A stretch of DNA of 62,324 bases, counting the filler, from Jimgerdemannia flammicorona (lineage: Eukaryota), in the NCBI GenBank assembly GCA_003990765.1. It is 3 parts of 3 records of this genome, joined end to end, with 100 filler letters (N's around TTAATTAATTAA, not from the genome) between each part and the next. Parts side by side here need not be neighbours in the genome. Positions count along the whole stretch, not along the records: positions 1 to 20,711 come from RBNJ01001603.1; 2 more parts are not named here. One strand, written 5' to 3'. The notes under the pieces were generated by a model that saw only the letters and a list, made by a program, of their open reading frames with translations, was not told the origin of the DNA and did no database searches. A program made the translations under genes and the position numbers. This document shows, piece by piece, positions 1-11,800 of this stretch (the first letter of the stretch is position 1; every line of letters begins with the position of its first letter).

Positions 1-177
1 TGCCCCCCCCCATTCCTTAGTCCAGTCCTGTAAATCCACATCTGCCTCATAACAAACATCCTGTAACAAGAAGAGGTCTGTATCCAGTTCCTTAAGCCAA
101 CCAAATATATACTTCCTTCTAGCCACCCCCCATAACCCATTTATGTTCAAAGAGAATATCCTAGTTATACTATTCAT
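1..177 (-). pseudogene. LINE ORF2 N-terminus (APE endonuclease)
   Basis: Reads MNSITRIFSLNINGLWG...WLKELDTDLFLLQDV, i.e. APE motifs I/II; homologous to 14036. Confidence 0.85.
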
Positions 178-208
178 ATTGAAAGAATGATACAATAGAG
201 ACTCCAGC

Positions 209-2113
209 TTAGTATTCCATGCTCATCTCATCCCCAGTCAGATCTAAGCACTGTTCAGCTTCCAAGTCACCCTCTGCATTAGCCTGAGCATCCAGTGCCT
301 CCAAGATTTCCTGACATTCCACCCCATCCACTACCTCCATCTCCGACTGGTAGTCCATGCAGACTGTGCACCACTTCTCCAGTCTCTTTCTCAAGTTCTA
401 TAAGTAAAATGCCCTGTCACTCGCAATTCTCCTAAGTTTCTCTTCTCTCTGATCATCGACTTGATATTCAACTGACTTCAGGAGAACAGCCAGGATCTCG
501 TTCCTCATCTTCCTCAGTACCTCCTCCCCCCATAAATGCCTCTCTTCCATAACCCTGAAATCCTCTCCTCCCAGCTCTTCCGCCACCACCCCTTCCAGGG
601 TCTTCCACATCCACTTCTCCTCATCCACCACCTCTGCCACACTCTGAATGATTTGTCCCCCATCCACCTCGGGGTCCACTAGTGTGCTCCTCCTCACTGA
701 CTCATCTCACTCCTCATCTGGTACATCCAGCAGCTCCTCCTCCCCCTCAGCTCCACCCAAGACACTATACTGAGGGTATACACCTTTGCTCATTTCCACA
801 TCTGCCTCCATATTGCCTTCCCTCTCCTCCTCCACTCCAATCTGAGCCCCACCCCAGGTCCTTTCGCCCCCCTCAGCCTAGGCACTCTTCTGTAATCCCA
901 CAACCCCCTCCCCTGTACTTTCACTAGCTCCACCCCCACCCAACTTCGCCAGCAGCTCCTTCTGAATTTTCCTCCCCTGCATCTTCTTCCAGGCCCCCCT
1001 CTCCATCCGAACCCTCTTCCCATCCATCTCCCCCACTACTGTTCTGGCCTCAAACTCCTTCCAGGCTAATCTCCTCCTCACAACTGCCCCTTCCAGATCC
1101 TCCAGAGCCTCCAACAGATCTTCCTCCTCCTCCTGGGTCTCCTTCACCCTCATGACCTTGCACTCCACCGGTCCCCACCTCAGTATCGCTAGCCAGTCCC
1201 TCAACTTCCCCATATTCTCCTTCCCAGCCAGCCTCACCCTGATATCAACATCACTAGTCCAAAGCTCCATATCCTCCCAGACCTTGAACCCAACATCCAC
1301 AATCTTTCTATACTCCTTAATCGCCTCTACAACCAACTCCCTAGTCCTCTCCTTTGACACTGTAGGGAGATCCAACACCATCAACTGTGCCACTCAGGGG
1401 TTCCAGTGCATACACCTGGCCATAGGGACCACAACTCTGCCAACTGTCACCCCCTTCTCCAAGGCTGCCAGCAAGGCATCTTCCTCCTCGAACCCCACCT
1501 CAACCCCTTCTTTCTCCTTCAAAAACTTCACTGATACTGCTCCTTTTGCCTCCTATGCCACCAGCCCCAAAATCATCCTTACTGTCACTGCCAAGCCCCA
1601 GAAACACATTGTAACTGCGAATTCTGATCTTGACTTCTTGAGTAATGGGGCTGACACCATGCCTGTCATCCCATCTGCCAGGTCCCCGGGCCTCATGCCC
1701 ACTCTCTGTCCTGAATTATCAACTGCCATCACATCTGGATTTTTTGCCAGATCCCCAGTCACAGCCCCATCAACATTTATATCTCCAGCCCCTACTTCTG
1801 CTCCTCCCCTACCATCCGAAACTCCCCTGGGCACACCTCCCTGTCCCTCAGCAGTAGCTGTCAATGCCTTCCCTAGGCTCAGCCAACTATCCAGACCAGA
1901 GGCCATCTTCCCCATTCTGACCTTGTCAGCAAAGGTCGACCTCTCCCCTTCTCTCTGCCTCAGACCACCCCTCTCTTTACCACCAGGGCCTCGGCTAGCC
2001 ATCGAGGCCCCCAGTATCCCCAAACCATCTCCCCTCCTTCCCACCTGCTGCCAGCCAAAGACACTGCCACTCCCCTGGTCAGTACGCTCACTAGTTCAAT
2101 CATTGCCATCTAT
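209..2113 (-). pseudogene. LINE ORF1 (RRM-like nucleic-acid-binding protein), with stop codons
   Basis: Shares DLADGxxG...PLLKKS.SEF.VT.CF.GLAVTVR, YxxIVDVGF.VWE and P..L.WG with the intact ORF1 at 19398. Confidence 0.85.
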
Positions 2114-2185
2114 GTCAATAGTTGTCAGACACCAAAAATATAGTAAAAAGTGTTGTCTGAGTCTTGTGTCACCTGAATGTTACCA

Positions 2186-2669
2186 GCTCTAAGTTCTTTA
2201 TTATACTAGATAATGTCAGCACTGGTATTTTGATGTAACACTGAATAATGCCAGCACTGGCATTCTGAGGTGATGCGAAATTGTTCCAGCACCAGTATTC
2301 TGATATGATACTGAATTATACCAACATCTTGAACCTATACAACCATCAGTACCGACCCTGGAACTTAGTAGTTTTAGTTATTGAAATTTATATTTAGCTT
2401 ATATCTTAGCAATTATTGAATTATATTTTGTATGAATACCTCTCTTATTTCCTCTGAAATAAAGTCAGTTCTGGTTTCACTTACATATACTTCCTTGCAA
2501 GCAATCTAAGAGATAACAAGACAGTTTAAAGATAAGAAGTTTGAGGACCATAAGACCTTGGGAAGGTACTCCAATAAGAACTTACTTATAACAAACTTGA
2601 GTTAGTCTAAGAGATATATCTTAAAGAGAATCTGGTATATTTGAAGGACTTAGCAATCACTATATGATA
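2186..2669 (+). repeat. 5' LTR of element A (3' part only; cut by LINE copy 1)
   Basis: Matches 9811-10295 with mostly transition differences and ends TGATA (TGACA in the 3' LTR). Contains a ~35-bp tandem repeat (~2203-2330), a degraded TATA and AATAAA. Confidence 0.9.
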
Positions 2670-2725
2670 ACTTGGTGCCCATTGACTGGTGATTCAAGAC
2701 AAATCCCTCACTTTCAAGCTAAAAA

Positions 2726-4039
2726 ATGAACAATCCCACAATAACTACCCTAACTACAAGAGTCACCCCTACAAGAATTCAAGACAAGATGGAAATGTGT
2801 CCCCCCATATTCTATAGATATACTACTAAAGAGTCAATTCTGACCTTTATTGAACAATTCACTGCTATACGAGCCCTTGGTGTAGATGCTCAATTGGCTC
2901 TTCTACCAGTCAGCCTCAGAGGACCTGCTAGAGATAAGTTCAATACAACTACCATTGCTGATGCTGGTATAGCCAAACTTGCCAATATGAAGGCCTTCCT
3001 CAGAACAACATATTATACTGAAGAGATCAAGCAAGCACTCAAGGATCAACTCAATACTATCTGCCAGGAACTTAGTGAAGATCCCAACTCATTCTATATT
3101 TGAATCTGCCACCAGATTATCTTGGCTGACTATGATGACTGTCTCAAGGAACAAATAGCAGATTCAACCTTCCTTAAAGAAGTTCATCTGGAAATTGCCC
3201 TAGCAATCCGGTCTATCCCAGCTGCACTGACTCTTGATCGGAAAGTGGTCTTTGCACAGAGATATTGAACTACCAGACACTCTGCTAAACACTCAATAGA
3301 GAAAATAACTGGCATCAAGATGGAGCCATCAAAGCTAACTAGTATCATACCTGCCACAGTTGTAAACAGACAACTAACCCCACTTACCCCCAAGACATCC
3401 AAAGCTGACCCAGTAGAAGAACTCACCAAGCAGTTCGCTGAGATGACTGCACATCTTGGTGATGTTGTTAGAGAAGTCTGAAGTGCCAACAGGAGACCAG
3501 TGCAGAGATTTGCAGCTGCTACAGAAGAATGTAATATCACATGCTTCAGATGTAGAGAAGAAGGCCACTATGCAAAGAGTTGCATGACCAAAACAAGATG
3601 CAAAGCCCAACTAAGTAATACTAGCAGAACCAGAGAATAAACCAATACAGTAGTCATTGAGGAGATTGGTGACACAGATGATGAAGAATACTATGAGGAG
3701 CTCAAATTCTACCCTGCTACTGAAGGTACTGGAACCCAGTCCAGGCCCTATGACAGAAAGAGCAACAGCAAGCCAGTTGGAAGACCAAAGAAGACCCCAG
3801 CTGTTACTATTCAAAGTAAGACCCAACCCAAGAAGATTGATCAAGATATGGAGTTAGATGAAGCTGCCTACCAAATCATTGAAGACACTACTCCAGTCTC
3901 AGGAGAAAGCGAAAGCAAGAAGGAACAGAAGCTGTACAAGACTAAGATCCATCAGTATGATATCTACAAGGACCTCAAGGAACAGAAGGTCAATGCTACT
4001 TTTGAACAACTAGCTGAAGTCCCTTCCTTTAGACAGTAG
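2726..4039 (+). pseudogene. gag: Gag of element A with CCHC zinc knuckle
   Basis: Capsid-like LRGPARDKF...ICQELSEDPNSFY; CFRCREEGHYAKSC at 3542-3583; in-frame stops. Confidence 0.85.
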
Positions 4040-4169
4040 TTGAGAGTAGGACTTGCAACTACTGCCAATAATCAAGAGTACAAGATTGTAGAAGCTCACA
4101 ATGCACAGGAAGAATCTGAGAACTCAGGTAAAGAATCTGAAGATCAGCGCAAGATATCAGCCTATACCT

Positions 4170-4530
4170 CATATCAGATTGAAGATTATATCTTTGATGC
4201 CATCATTGATACTGGTGCTGGAGGATGCCTTATGAGCAAGAAGACAATTGACCACCTAGGTTGAGAGATTGAAGAGTCCATCAAGATGGTCTATGTTACA
4301 GCAGATGGTACATGAGCTATTCTCCTTGGCAAAATCTGAGAAGTCCCCATCAAGATAGGAGGAGCTACCATCCAGTAGATGTGATTATTATAAGCACTAC
4401 CAACTATGACATCCTCATTAGCAATCAATGGCTTCACAAGGCCAAGGTCATCATTGACCTCAATACCCAGAAGATGCAGATCAACTATAGAGGAAGAAAG
4501 GTATGAGTCTCTATCAATGTCCACAAAGGA
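4170..4530 (+). pseudogene. Aspartic protease of element A
   Basis: AIIDTGAGGCLMS and YDILISNQWL (DILLG..WL-like) motifs. Confidence 0.9.
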
Positions 4531-4869
4531 GTTCTACTAGATATAGAGGAAGGAGATGAAGAGGACACAGAGGTCTTTATGCACTTGGTGAACAAGAACA
4601 AGAACAAGACACCTAAGCTCACAGATGAGCAGTGGTACAACAAGATCATTGATGGCTATACCCCTCAAGGAAGATGCCCCCATGGTACTAGAATATACTG
4701 CTCCAAACACCTGAATGACTGCTGGTCCTGTATCAGTGAAGTCAGGAAAATCCATCAACAGAAACATAAGCAAGAAGCTGCCAAAGCAAAAAGGAAAGCT
4801 GAAGAAAATGACCAGCCCCCAGAGCTTCAGGCTGACAGTGATGATGAGGAGGAACAAGAATCAGATATC

Positions 4870-5290
4870 ACCCTCAAGGTCAAGAAGTTTCACCCTGAAG
4901 CCAAGATCCCAGAATACAAGACTGAAGGAGCCATAGGAATAGACCTTGCCAGCATTCAAGATGCTACTCTCAAACCACAGACCACCACCCTACTTGGTAC
5001 TGGAATTAGAGTCAAGCTGCCAGAGAACCATGCTGGAATCATCAAGACCTGGAGCAGTCTGGCCAAAAGTGAAATCTCAGTTGAAGGAGAAGTAATTGAT
5101 CATGATTATACTGGTGAGATCTTTCTCATAGTCAGAAATCACAACCACACCACCCCCTTTGAGGTCAATAAGCATGACAAGATTGGCCAGATGCTGATCC
5201 ATGAAGTCAAGAAGCCCAAGATCATTGAAGCCATCAAACTCATCAAGACTAAGAGAGGAGAACAAGGCTTTGGATCTACTGGAAGAGGAG
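4870..5290 (+). pseudogene. dut: Trimeric dUTPase domain inside Pol, between protease and RT
   Basis: dUTPase motifs visible in ORF 4579-5925: GAIGIDL, KT(W<R)SSLA, VIDHDYTGEI, KIGQM, RGEQGFGSTG; in frame with RT. Confidence 0.95.
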
Positions 5291-5469
5291 CCTATGCTGC
5301 CATCAAGATTACCAAACTTGAGCATAAGAAAGATAAGGACCAGAATAAGCATACATATACCATTGGAGAAAACTTTCCCCTGGAGGAACAACTTCTCAAG
5401 ATTCTGCACCAGAATAAAAGAGTACTTACTACAGACCTCAGGAATATCTATAATCAAGAACCCAAGTAC

Positions 5470-6760
5470 TACCATGAAGTTGACACTGGTGATACCAAGC
5501 CCATCTACCAGAAAGTCAGACCCATACCACCTGCCTACAGAGAATGGCTGCAAGCAGAACTCAAGGAAATGGAAGAAGCCAGAATCATCAAGCAAGCTAT
5601 CAGCCCCTGGGCCTCACTCATTATCCTTGCCCCGAAGAAAGAAAGCAAGCCTGGAAAGTTTGTGCCAAGACTCTGCATTGACTATAGGAAGCTCAATATC
5701 ATCACCAAGAAGGATAGGCAGCCCTTGCTGAATATTCAAGAAATTCTTACCACTCTTGGAAGTGAAGCTGAATACTACACCACCTTGGATCTATTCTCAG
5801 GCTTCCATCAGATTGGTCTCACTCAAGATGCCAGTGAGAAATCAGCCTTCATCATACCTGATATCACCTATATCTACCTACGAATACCATTTGGAATGTG
5901 CAATACCCCAGCAAGTTTTCAGTAAATGATGAACAGAGTCTTCAGTAATGAGATTGGAAAATGGCTCTTTATCTATGTTGATGATGTGATCATCTTCAGC
6001 AATACTGCATGAGAACATATCAATCACATATAGCTAGTTCTCAAGAAGCTCAAGGAGCATGACCTTTACATCAAGCCCAAGAAATGTAAGTTTGCAGCCC
6101 AGGAAATTGCCTACCTAGGACACCTCATCAACCAGACTGGAATCCACATAGACCTCATGAAGATTGAGGCTGTTGCAGCCTACCTGAGACCCAGAACAAC
6201 TACAGAAGTCCATGCCTTCCTTGGGCTGGTAAGCTACTACAGAAGGTTTATCAAAGGATACTCCAATATTGCAGTAATATCTATGAGCTACTGAAGAAGG
6301 AGACCAAATTTGAATAGACTAAGGAGTACCAAGAAACCTTCAATGAACTCAAGACCAGGTTGACCCAAGCATCTATCTTCAGAAGACCAGATTGGAACCT
6401 AGAATTCATCCTGCAGACAGATGCAAGTGCTATAGGACTTGGAGCAGTCCTAGCTCAGAAGAAAGATGGACATAAATATGTCATCTCTTATGCAAGCTGA
6501 GATATCTGAGGAGCAGAACAGAACTACGAGTCATACAAGCTTGAATGCTTAGCAGTAGTTTGGGCAGTAGACAAGTTCCACTACTACCTAGCTGGGAAAT
6601 ACTTCACTATTCAAATAGACCATTCCACCCTTGCCTGGCTATTTCACACTCTGAACTCCAAAGGAATATATGCCAGATAGATCTACAGACTGTAAGAGTA
6701 TGACTATACTGTCAAGCACTGCTCAGGAAAGACTAATACCAATGCCGATGCACACTCAAG
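5470..6760 (+). pseudogene. pol: Reverse transcriptase + RNase H of element A
   Basis: SPWAS, RLCIDYRKLN, LDLFSGFHQI, PFGMCNTPASF, YVDD (~5974), LQTDAS, LECLAVVWAV. Confidence 0.95.
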
Positions 6761-6795
6761 GACATCCTGAAACACCCCTATCAAGACTATTTAAC

Positions 6796-8410
6796 ATGAA
6801 CAAGGAGCTATACTATGGATTAATCAGCTACCTTGGGCAGCAGAAGATGCCTAACCACCTCGAACCCTAGATAATCACTATCATCAACTGAACTTAGAAA
6901 TGGTTTGAACTAGACAACACTATACTCAGAAAAGGAGGAAAGCTAGTAATACCTGAACTAGTGCTCCCAATGAATCGAATGGAATCAAATTTGGCCCAAA
7001 CTTGATTCGATTTGATTGAATCAAGGGTCCAATTCAATTTGATTCAAATCAAATCAAAGGTCCAATTTGATTCGAAGTTTGATTCAAACCTTAATTTTCA
7101 AAATGTAATAACTTGACGAAAACTCATCCAAATTTAACATATTTTAGCTTGTTAGATTCACTGTATTAATGTGATTATAACAAGCTAAAGTACATTAGAT
7201 TTAGATGAGTTTATGCTGAGTTATTGCATTTTGAAAATTAGTGTGCAAATCAGACCCTCAATTCAATTCAACTTTTGATTTGATTCGAATTGATTCAAAT
7301 TGAAAAATCCCCAATTCGATTTGACTTGTTTAACCCTCAATTCAATTCAATTCAAATTGATTTGACTCATTTGGGAGCACTAACCCAAACATAAGAAGTA
7401 TCAAGTAATGAAGGAAGTATATGAGCAAGGATACTTAGGAGGAACTAATATATATGATAAGGCAAGAAGAACTATGTGGTGGCCCAAGATGGAAGAAGAC
7501 CTATGCCAATTTGTCAAAGGGTGTGACAAGTGCCAAAAACAGAAACAAGATCAGCAAGACCAGGCACCTGGGTCATCAAGAATTGAGTCTATCTCCTTCC
7601 ACCACATCGCAATGGATATCATTAGACCACTACCAGTAACACTATCAGAAAACTACTATATTATAGTTATTATAGACCTCTTTACCAAATGGATAGAGGC
7701 AGAAGCATTACAAGAAGCCAATGCCCTCTCTATAGCCAACTTCTTGTACCAAGAAATCATCTGCCACTATAAGACACCAAATAAATCACAATAGACTGTG
7801 GAATGGAATTTGTCAATGGATTTCACAAGATAATATATCAGAAATACAAGATCCAGCACATCAAGACCACTGCGTACCACCCTCAAGAAAATAGACAGAC
7901 AGAGAGAACTAATAAGACTCTCAAGAACATCTTAGCAAAGATCTCAGAGATATATGAGAATTGGGATAACTATCTCCCAACTGCCCTCTCTGTCCTATGA
8001 GACATATGGTCATAGAGTACACACTTTACCCCAAGAGAGCTGCTCTTCAGAGAAGAAGATTCTGATGAAACCTCAGTTACAAATCTAGACCTAACTTGGA
8101 GATAGATTGATGCAGAAATCTGGAGACTACACCAAATCAGGAAGAAGGCTGAAGATTACATCACCAAGTCACAAGTGCTGATAAGGAAGAATGTGGAAAA
8201 GAATTACAAGACCCTAGAACCCATCTGAATCAGAGAAAAGGTTCTACTATATTGAAATATAGTAAAAGCCTCATGGTCACAAAAACTGAAGTCCAAATGG
8301 GCCTTCTATGTGCAAAATATCAAGAGAACTACCTTCTGATTTAGAAAAATCTCAGAGACTATACTGCCTACTATAGTACACAGGAACAGACTCAAGAAGT
8401 ACCATAAACC
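6796..8410 (+). pseudogene. Integrase of element A, interrupted by a hAT MITE
   Basis: WWPKM..D...FVKGCDKCQ, HIAMDII.PLP, IDLFTKWIEA, TTAYHPQ.N.QTERTNKTLK. Confidence 0.9.
6959..7382. mobile_element. hAT-family MITE (424 bp) with 8-bp TSD
   Basis: TIRs TAGTGCTCCCAAATGA / TCATTTGGGAGCACTA. TSD ACCTGAAC (6951-6958) / ACCCAAAC (7383-7390), both derivable from ACCCGAAC. Removing it restores the integrase frame (VIPEHKKYQVM). Subterminal TTCGA/TTCAA pentamers and a central palindrome. Confidence 0.95.
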
Positions 8411-8472
8411 TATATAAGAGAAGTAAAACATGATGACCACCTGCAAGGTTCTAGTCCACAAATCATAACAGC

Positions 8473-8680
8473 ATGTCCCATGACCAGCAGACTATCTGTC
8501 TGGACCATTCTCTAAGGAATATAGCACTGGCAACTACTCATCTATGAGACTTTCGAAGTCAGAGGAGTTCAAACCATCAACTGATTGGTCAAGATCAGAA
8601 TCAGGTCCTTGCTCTATATGAAGGGAGTGATCCTTCACCATCACACCAAAATACAAAGGGAAGATATCAGCCCATAAACA
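8473..8680 (+). pseudogene. Degraded accessory ORF between integrase and PPT
   Basis: One frame reads IYETFEVRGVQTIN*LVKIRIRSLLYMK with stops explainable by C>T; loosely resembles the LTR-encoded domain. Confidence 0.4.
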
Positions 8681-9085
8681 CCACTTTTCGACCTCTTGCC
8701 AGAGGTTATGGGATAAGTAAATTTTTCAGGACTGGACAATAAATAAGGATGCTTGAGAAGATTCTTATTCAGGAGAAAGATGTAACAGTGATCTCAGAAT
8801 GATGACATCAGCAAAGGAGATAATATTTTCTCACAAGCCACCAGATCAGAGCACAAGACAATCATACAGCATATGAGATGAGTAATGATGACCAACTGTA
8901 AGTCATTGTAACCACAGTACAAGCATCCTGAAGAATATAAAAGAAGAATCAAGAAACTGCAGTAGCAGCAACCAACAAGAACCACCAATCCCAAAATAGC
9001 TCAAAGACTTATCATAAATAAAATATCTGCTGCCTGCTAAATCTCAAGGTCAAGGAATCACTAAGGCATCTCAGTTGAGGAAAGG

Positions 9086-9817
9086 ATGTTCCAAGACATC
9101 AGAAGAGCCATGAGGATCTGCTCAAGAAGGACTCCTAGTATTAACCTGGGTACTGCAGATCCCTATCACTTTATCCTCTACTACTGTGAAATGGAAACAA
9201 GGATCACCATTACTACCAAATGCCTCCAAATGTGGCAGGAGTATGAAATAGGAAACCTCCTCTACCAGGAGTTCTCACAGGCCAGCACTCAAGAGCTACA
9301 AGATGCCACTCTCATAGATATATACGAGACAAGAAAAGCTAAGATCCATCAGATCTTCAGACATGCACTATGGTCGATCCCCAACTTAGAGTATGTTAGA
9401 GTCTCAGATTTCAGAGATCTGTCATCCTGCTGTATCAATGCACTAGAAGCCAGAGTGGCTACAGAAGTCCAGTCCACTATCACCCTCAATAGTGATAAAG
9501 TAGAAGACTTCTGGCACTCCATCCTCCAAGACAACCCAGACCAATTCCTGCAAAGATTGATCTCAGTATTCCAAGGCCCTAGTATCCAGGTTAGACCTCC
9601 CCAAGACCCCACATTTGTTCCTTACTTTGTAGAAGAGAACCTCATAGATTGGAGAGCCCCTGATTTTCCTGCTGAATATGATGACATCATCAGTGATGAC
9701 GTCATCCCATGCAATATTGAAGCATGTGAAAACAACAAATTCACAGATTTTATCTCCTTCAGTAATGATGATGATGATGATGATGAAGCCCCCATGGTCC
9801 TGAACTTTCTGCTCTAA
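9086..9817 (+). CDS. LTR(U3)-encoded hypothetical protein, 243 aa open (original start probably the ATA at 9023)
   Basis: Open ORF inside the LTR. Motif YEIGNLL...KAKIHQIF...IPNL is shared with the ORF in the unrelated solo LTR at 17167. Confidence 0.7.
   Translation: MFQDIRRAMRICSRRTPSINLGTADPYHFILYYCEMETRITITTKCLQMWQEYEIGNLLYQEFSQASTQELQDATLIDIYETRKAKIHQIFRHALWSIPNLEYVRVSDFRDLSSCCINALEARVATEVQSTITLNSDKVEDFWHSILQDNPDQFLQRLISVFQGPSIQVRPPQDPTFVPYFVEENLIDWRAPDFPAEYDDIISDDVIPCNIEACENNKFTDFISFSNDDDDDDEAPMVLNFLL
9682..9704 (+). promoter_or_regulatory. CRE/ATF-like sites in the LTR (TGACATCA and intact TGACGTCA at 9697-9704)
   Basis: Perfect palindromic TGACGTCA plus CpG-decayed copies at ~9682 and ~8803. 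Confidence 0.4.
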
Positions 9818-10295
9818 GTTCTTTGTTATACTGGATAATACCAGCACTGGTATTTTGATGTAACACTGAATAATGCCAGTATTGACATTCTGAGGTGACA
9901 CGAAATTGTTCTAGTATCTGTATTCTGATATGATACTAAATTATACCAGCATTCTGAACCTATACAACCATCAGTGCTGACCCTAGAACTTAGTAGTTTT
10001 AGTTATTGAAATTTATATTTAGCTTTATATCTTAGCAACCATTGAATTATATTTTGTATAAATACCTCTCTTATTTCCTCTGAAATAAAGCCAGTTCTGG
10101 TTTCACTTACACACACTTTCTTGTAAGCAATCTAAGAGATAACAAGACAGTTTAAAGATAAGAAGTTTGAGAATAATAAGATCTTGGGAAGGCACTCCAA
10201 TAAGAACTTGCTTATAACAAACTTGAGTTAGTCTAAGAGATATATCTTAAAGAGAATCTGGTGTATTTGAAGGACTCAGTGACCACTACATGACA

Positions 10296-11800
10296 ATAGA
10301 TAATTATAAAGTTATTCTTAACTTTAAATTTTCTCTAATAATTATCTAAAGATAGCATCAAAGAAGTAGACAGCTTGGGTTCTATTTATAGTCTATTCTT
10401 ATCAGCTATATTTTGCTCTTATAGTATTTAGAGAGATTTCAGTCTTATTGTAGATACTTCAAGATCTTCTTTTCTATTATTATAGAATTATAAATTCTTG
10501 AGCTTAGTTCTGGCTTCAGTAATATAGATAGAGCTGTAGAACTATTAGATGATTAGTTTCTTTAGACCTATAGTAGCTAGATAAGCTTTATAGTTGGGAT
10601 AATTATTATCTTCTTTATTTGTATCAATTTTGATATAGGCTTTTTAAATAAGATAATATACTGATAGGTTGTATCACTACTGAGCAGTTGTGACTATAAA
10701 ATAAGTAATGACTTTCTCTACTTATAAGTCTATAGTTATATAGAGATCTTTAATCTTATAGTACTAATTATTATTAAGAGTATTATCTAGAGTTCAATTA
10801 CTATTCTATTTATTAGTATGATGATCAGTATTAACTTGATCTATAAATATTATTACTTAGTCTACTTTACCTTTAAATAGAATGAAACAGAGACCTTTTG
10901 TAGGTTTATTTATTTTGATACTAAGATAAAGAGCTTAAGTATAGCTACTTAGTTAGCCAGTACTGTTATCTTATTATCAATATTATTCTGCTATCTCTAT
11001 CATCTGTTTGATAAAATAGTTGAAGTCTTTTATTTTATAGTATATTGATTATGGTTTGGATTTAACTCTTTTATAATATTACTGAGATAAATGAGTCTAT
11101 AGACTGATAGTTTTAATAGGTTTGAGTAGTTCTGTAATAATGCTGAAGTTACTAATGTCAGGTTCAAATATCTCTTCAATTATCTTCTTAGATCTAAATA
11201 ATATAGCTGAGGTCTTACTAGAACTTATGGCTTATAGTTTTTATTACTAAATTATTCTCATCTATATATAGAGAATTTAGTAATAGAAGTGAGATTTCTT
11301 TTAATTAGTATAATATCTCTTATAGTTTAGAAAGGCCTTGGCTTTATAATAGTAATTGTTAGAAAGAAGATTCACTTACAGTCTCAATAGATTCTCATAT
11401 ATATTTTTTGTAAAAGTATTTATAAATTAGCTTATGAAATTCTTTCTTAAGTTTAGAAGTATAGAGAACTTCTTTATTAAGTGCAAGAAAGAGTATTGAA
11501 TACTTTTTGAATAGTTTTATTATTAAGTTTGTCAAACTTCTCTTGACTAATGTAGATTTTAGTTTACTTGATAATAATTCTATTAAATTCTACAGCTTGA
11601 GTCTGAGGAGTATTTAGAGTAAAGATATTTTTTGACTATTACTAACAATGTTAACAATATTGACTAGTTTTAATTATCTATAGTAGAATCTTGAGAGAAG
11701 ATTGCTCATAGATGAGAAATAACTTTTACTATTATCAAATTATAATAAATCTATATATGTACTAATAGAATTAATATATTATAGATAATTAATTTTAACT
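10296..11800 (-). pseudogene. Very degraded gag/protease relic of an older LTR element
   Basis: AT-rich. The minus strand gives IIDNKITVLAN (~10960-10990; possibly a decayed protease IIDSG) and gag-like fragments with many stops. Confidence 0.4.

Larger units (their letters stand above)
1..2185 (-). mobile_element. L1/Tx1-like LINE, copy 1 (5' UTR, ORF1 and start of ORF2; runs off the window start)
   Basis: Minus-strand ORF1 pieces (1553-2044, 878-1393, 398-697, 209-394) align with ORF1 of the copies at 12317, 19398 and 32699. The 5' end TGGTAACATTCAGGTGACAC matches copy 4 TGATAACATTCAGATTACAC. It abuts gypsy LTR sequence at 2186. Confidence 0.9.
2186..10295 (+). mobile_element. Ty3/gypsy LTR retrotransposon A (gag-PR-dUTPase-RT-RH-IN), degenerate
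   Basis: Direct repeats 2186-2669 and 9811-10295. PBS-like TGGTGCCC at ~2673. PPT AGGAGAAAGA at 8771-8780 before TGTAACA. Domain order PR-RT-RH-IN. Confidence 0.95.
8781..10295 (+). repeat. 3' LTR of element A (~1.5 kb) containing an ORF
   Basis: Starts TGTAACA directly after the PPT and ends TGACA. TATAAAAG 8936-8943, ORF 9023/9086-9817, TATAAATA 10057-10064, AATAAA 10084-10089. Confidence 0.85.

Noticed and set aside
2178..2185. TGTTACCA as the TG start of a short 5' LTR
   Set aside because: Absent from the 3' LTR and matches the LINE 5' UTR of copy 4, so it belongs to the LINE.
1152..2192. 346-aa antisense ORF over LINE ORF1, recurring at 12388, 19757 and 32710
   Set aside because: In this register an antisense stop needs a sense Tyr/His/Gln codon after a pyrimidine-ending codon. 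ORF1 is poor in these and G-ending, so the frame stays open passively; the product is low-complexity S/T/P.
6959..7382. Tc1/mariner MITE with TA target duplication
   Set aside because: An 8-bp TSD and a TAGTG terminus fit hAT, and that reading restores the integrase frame.
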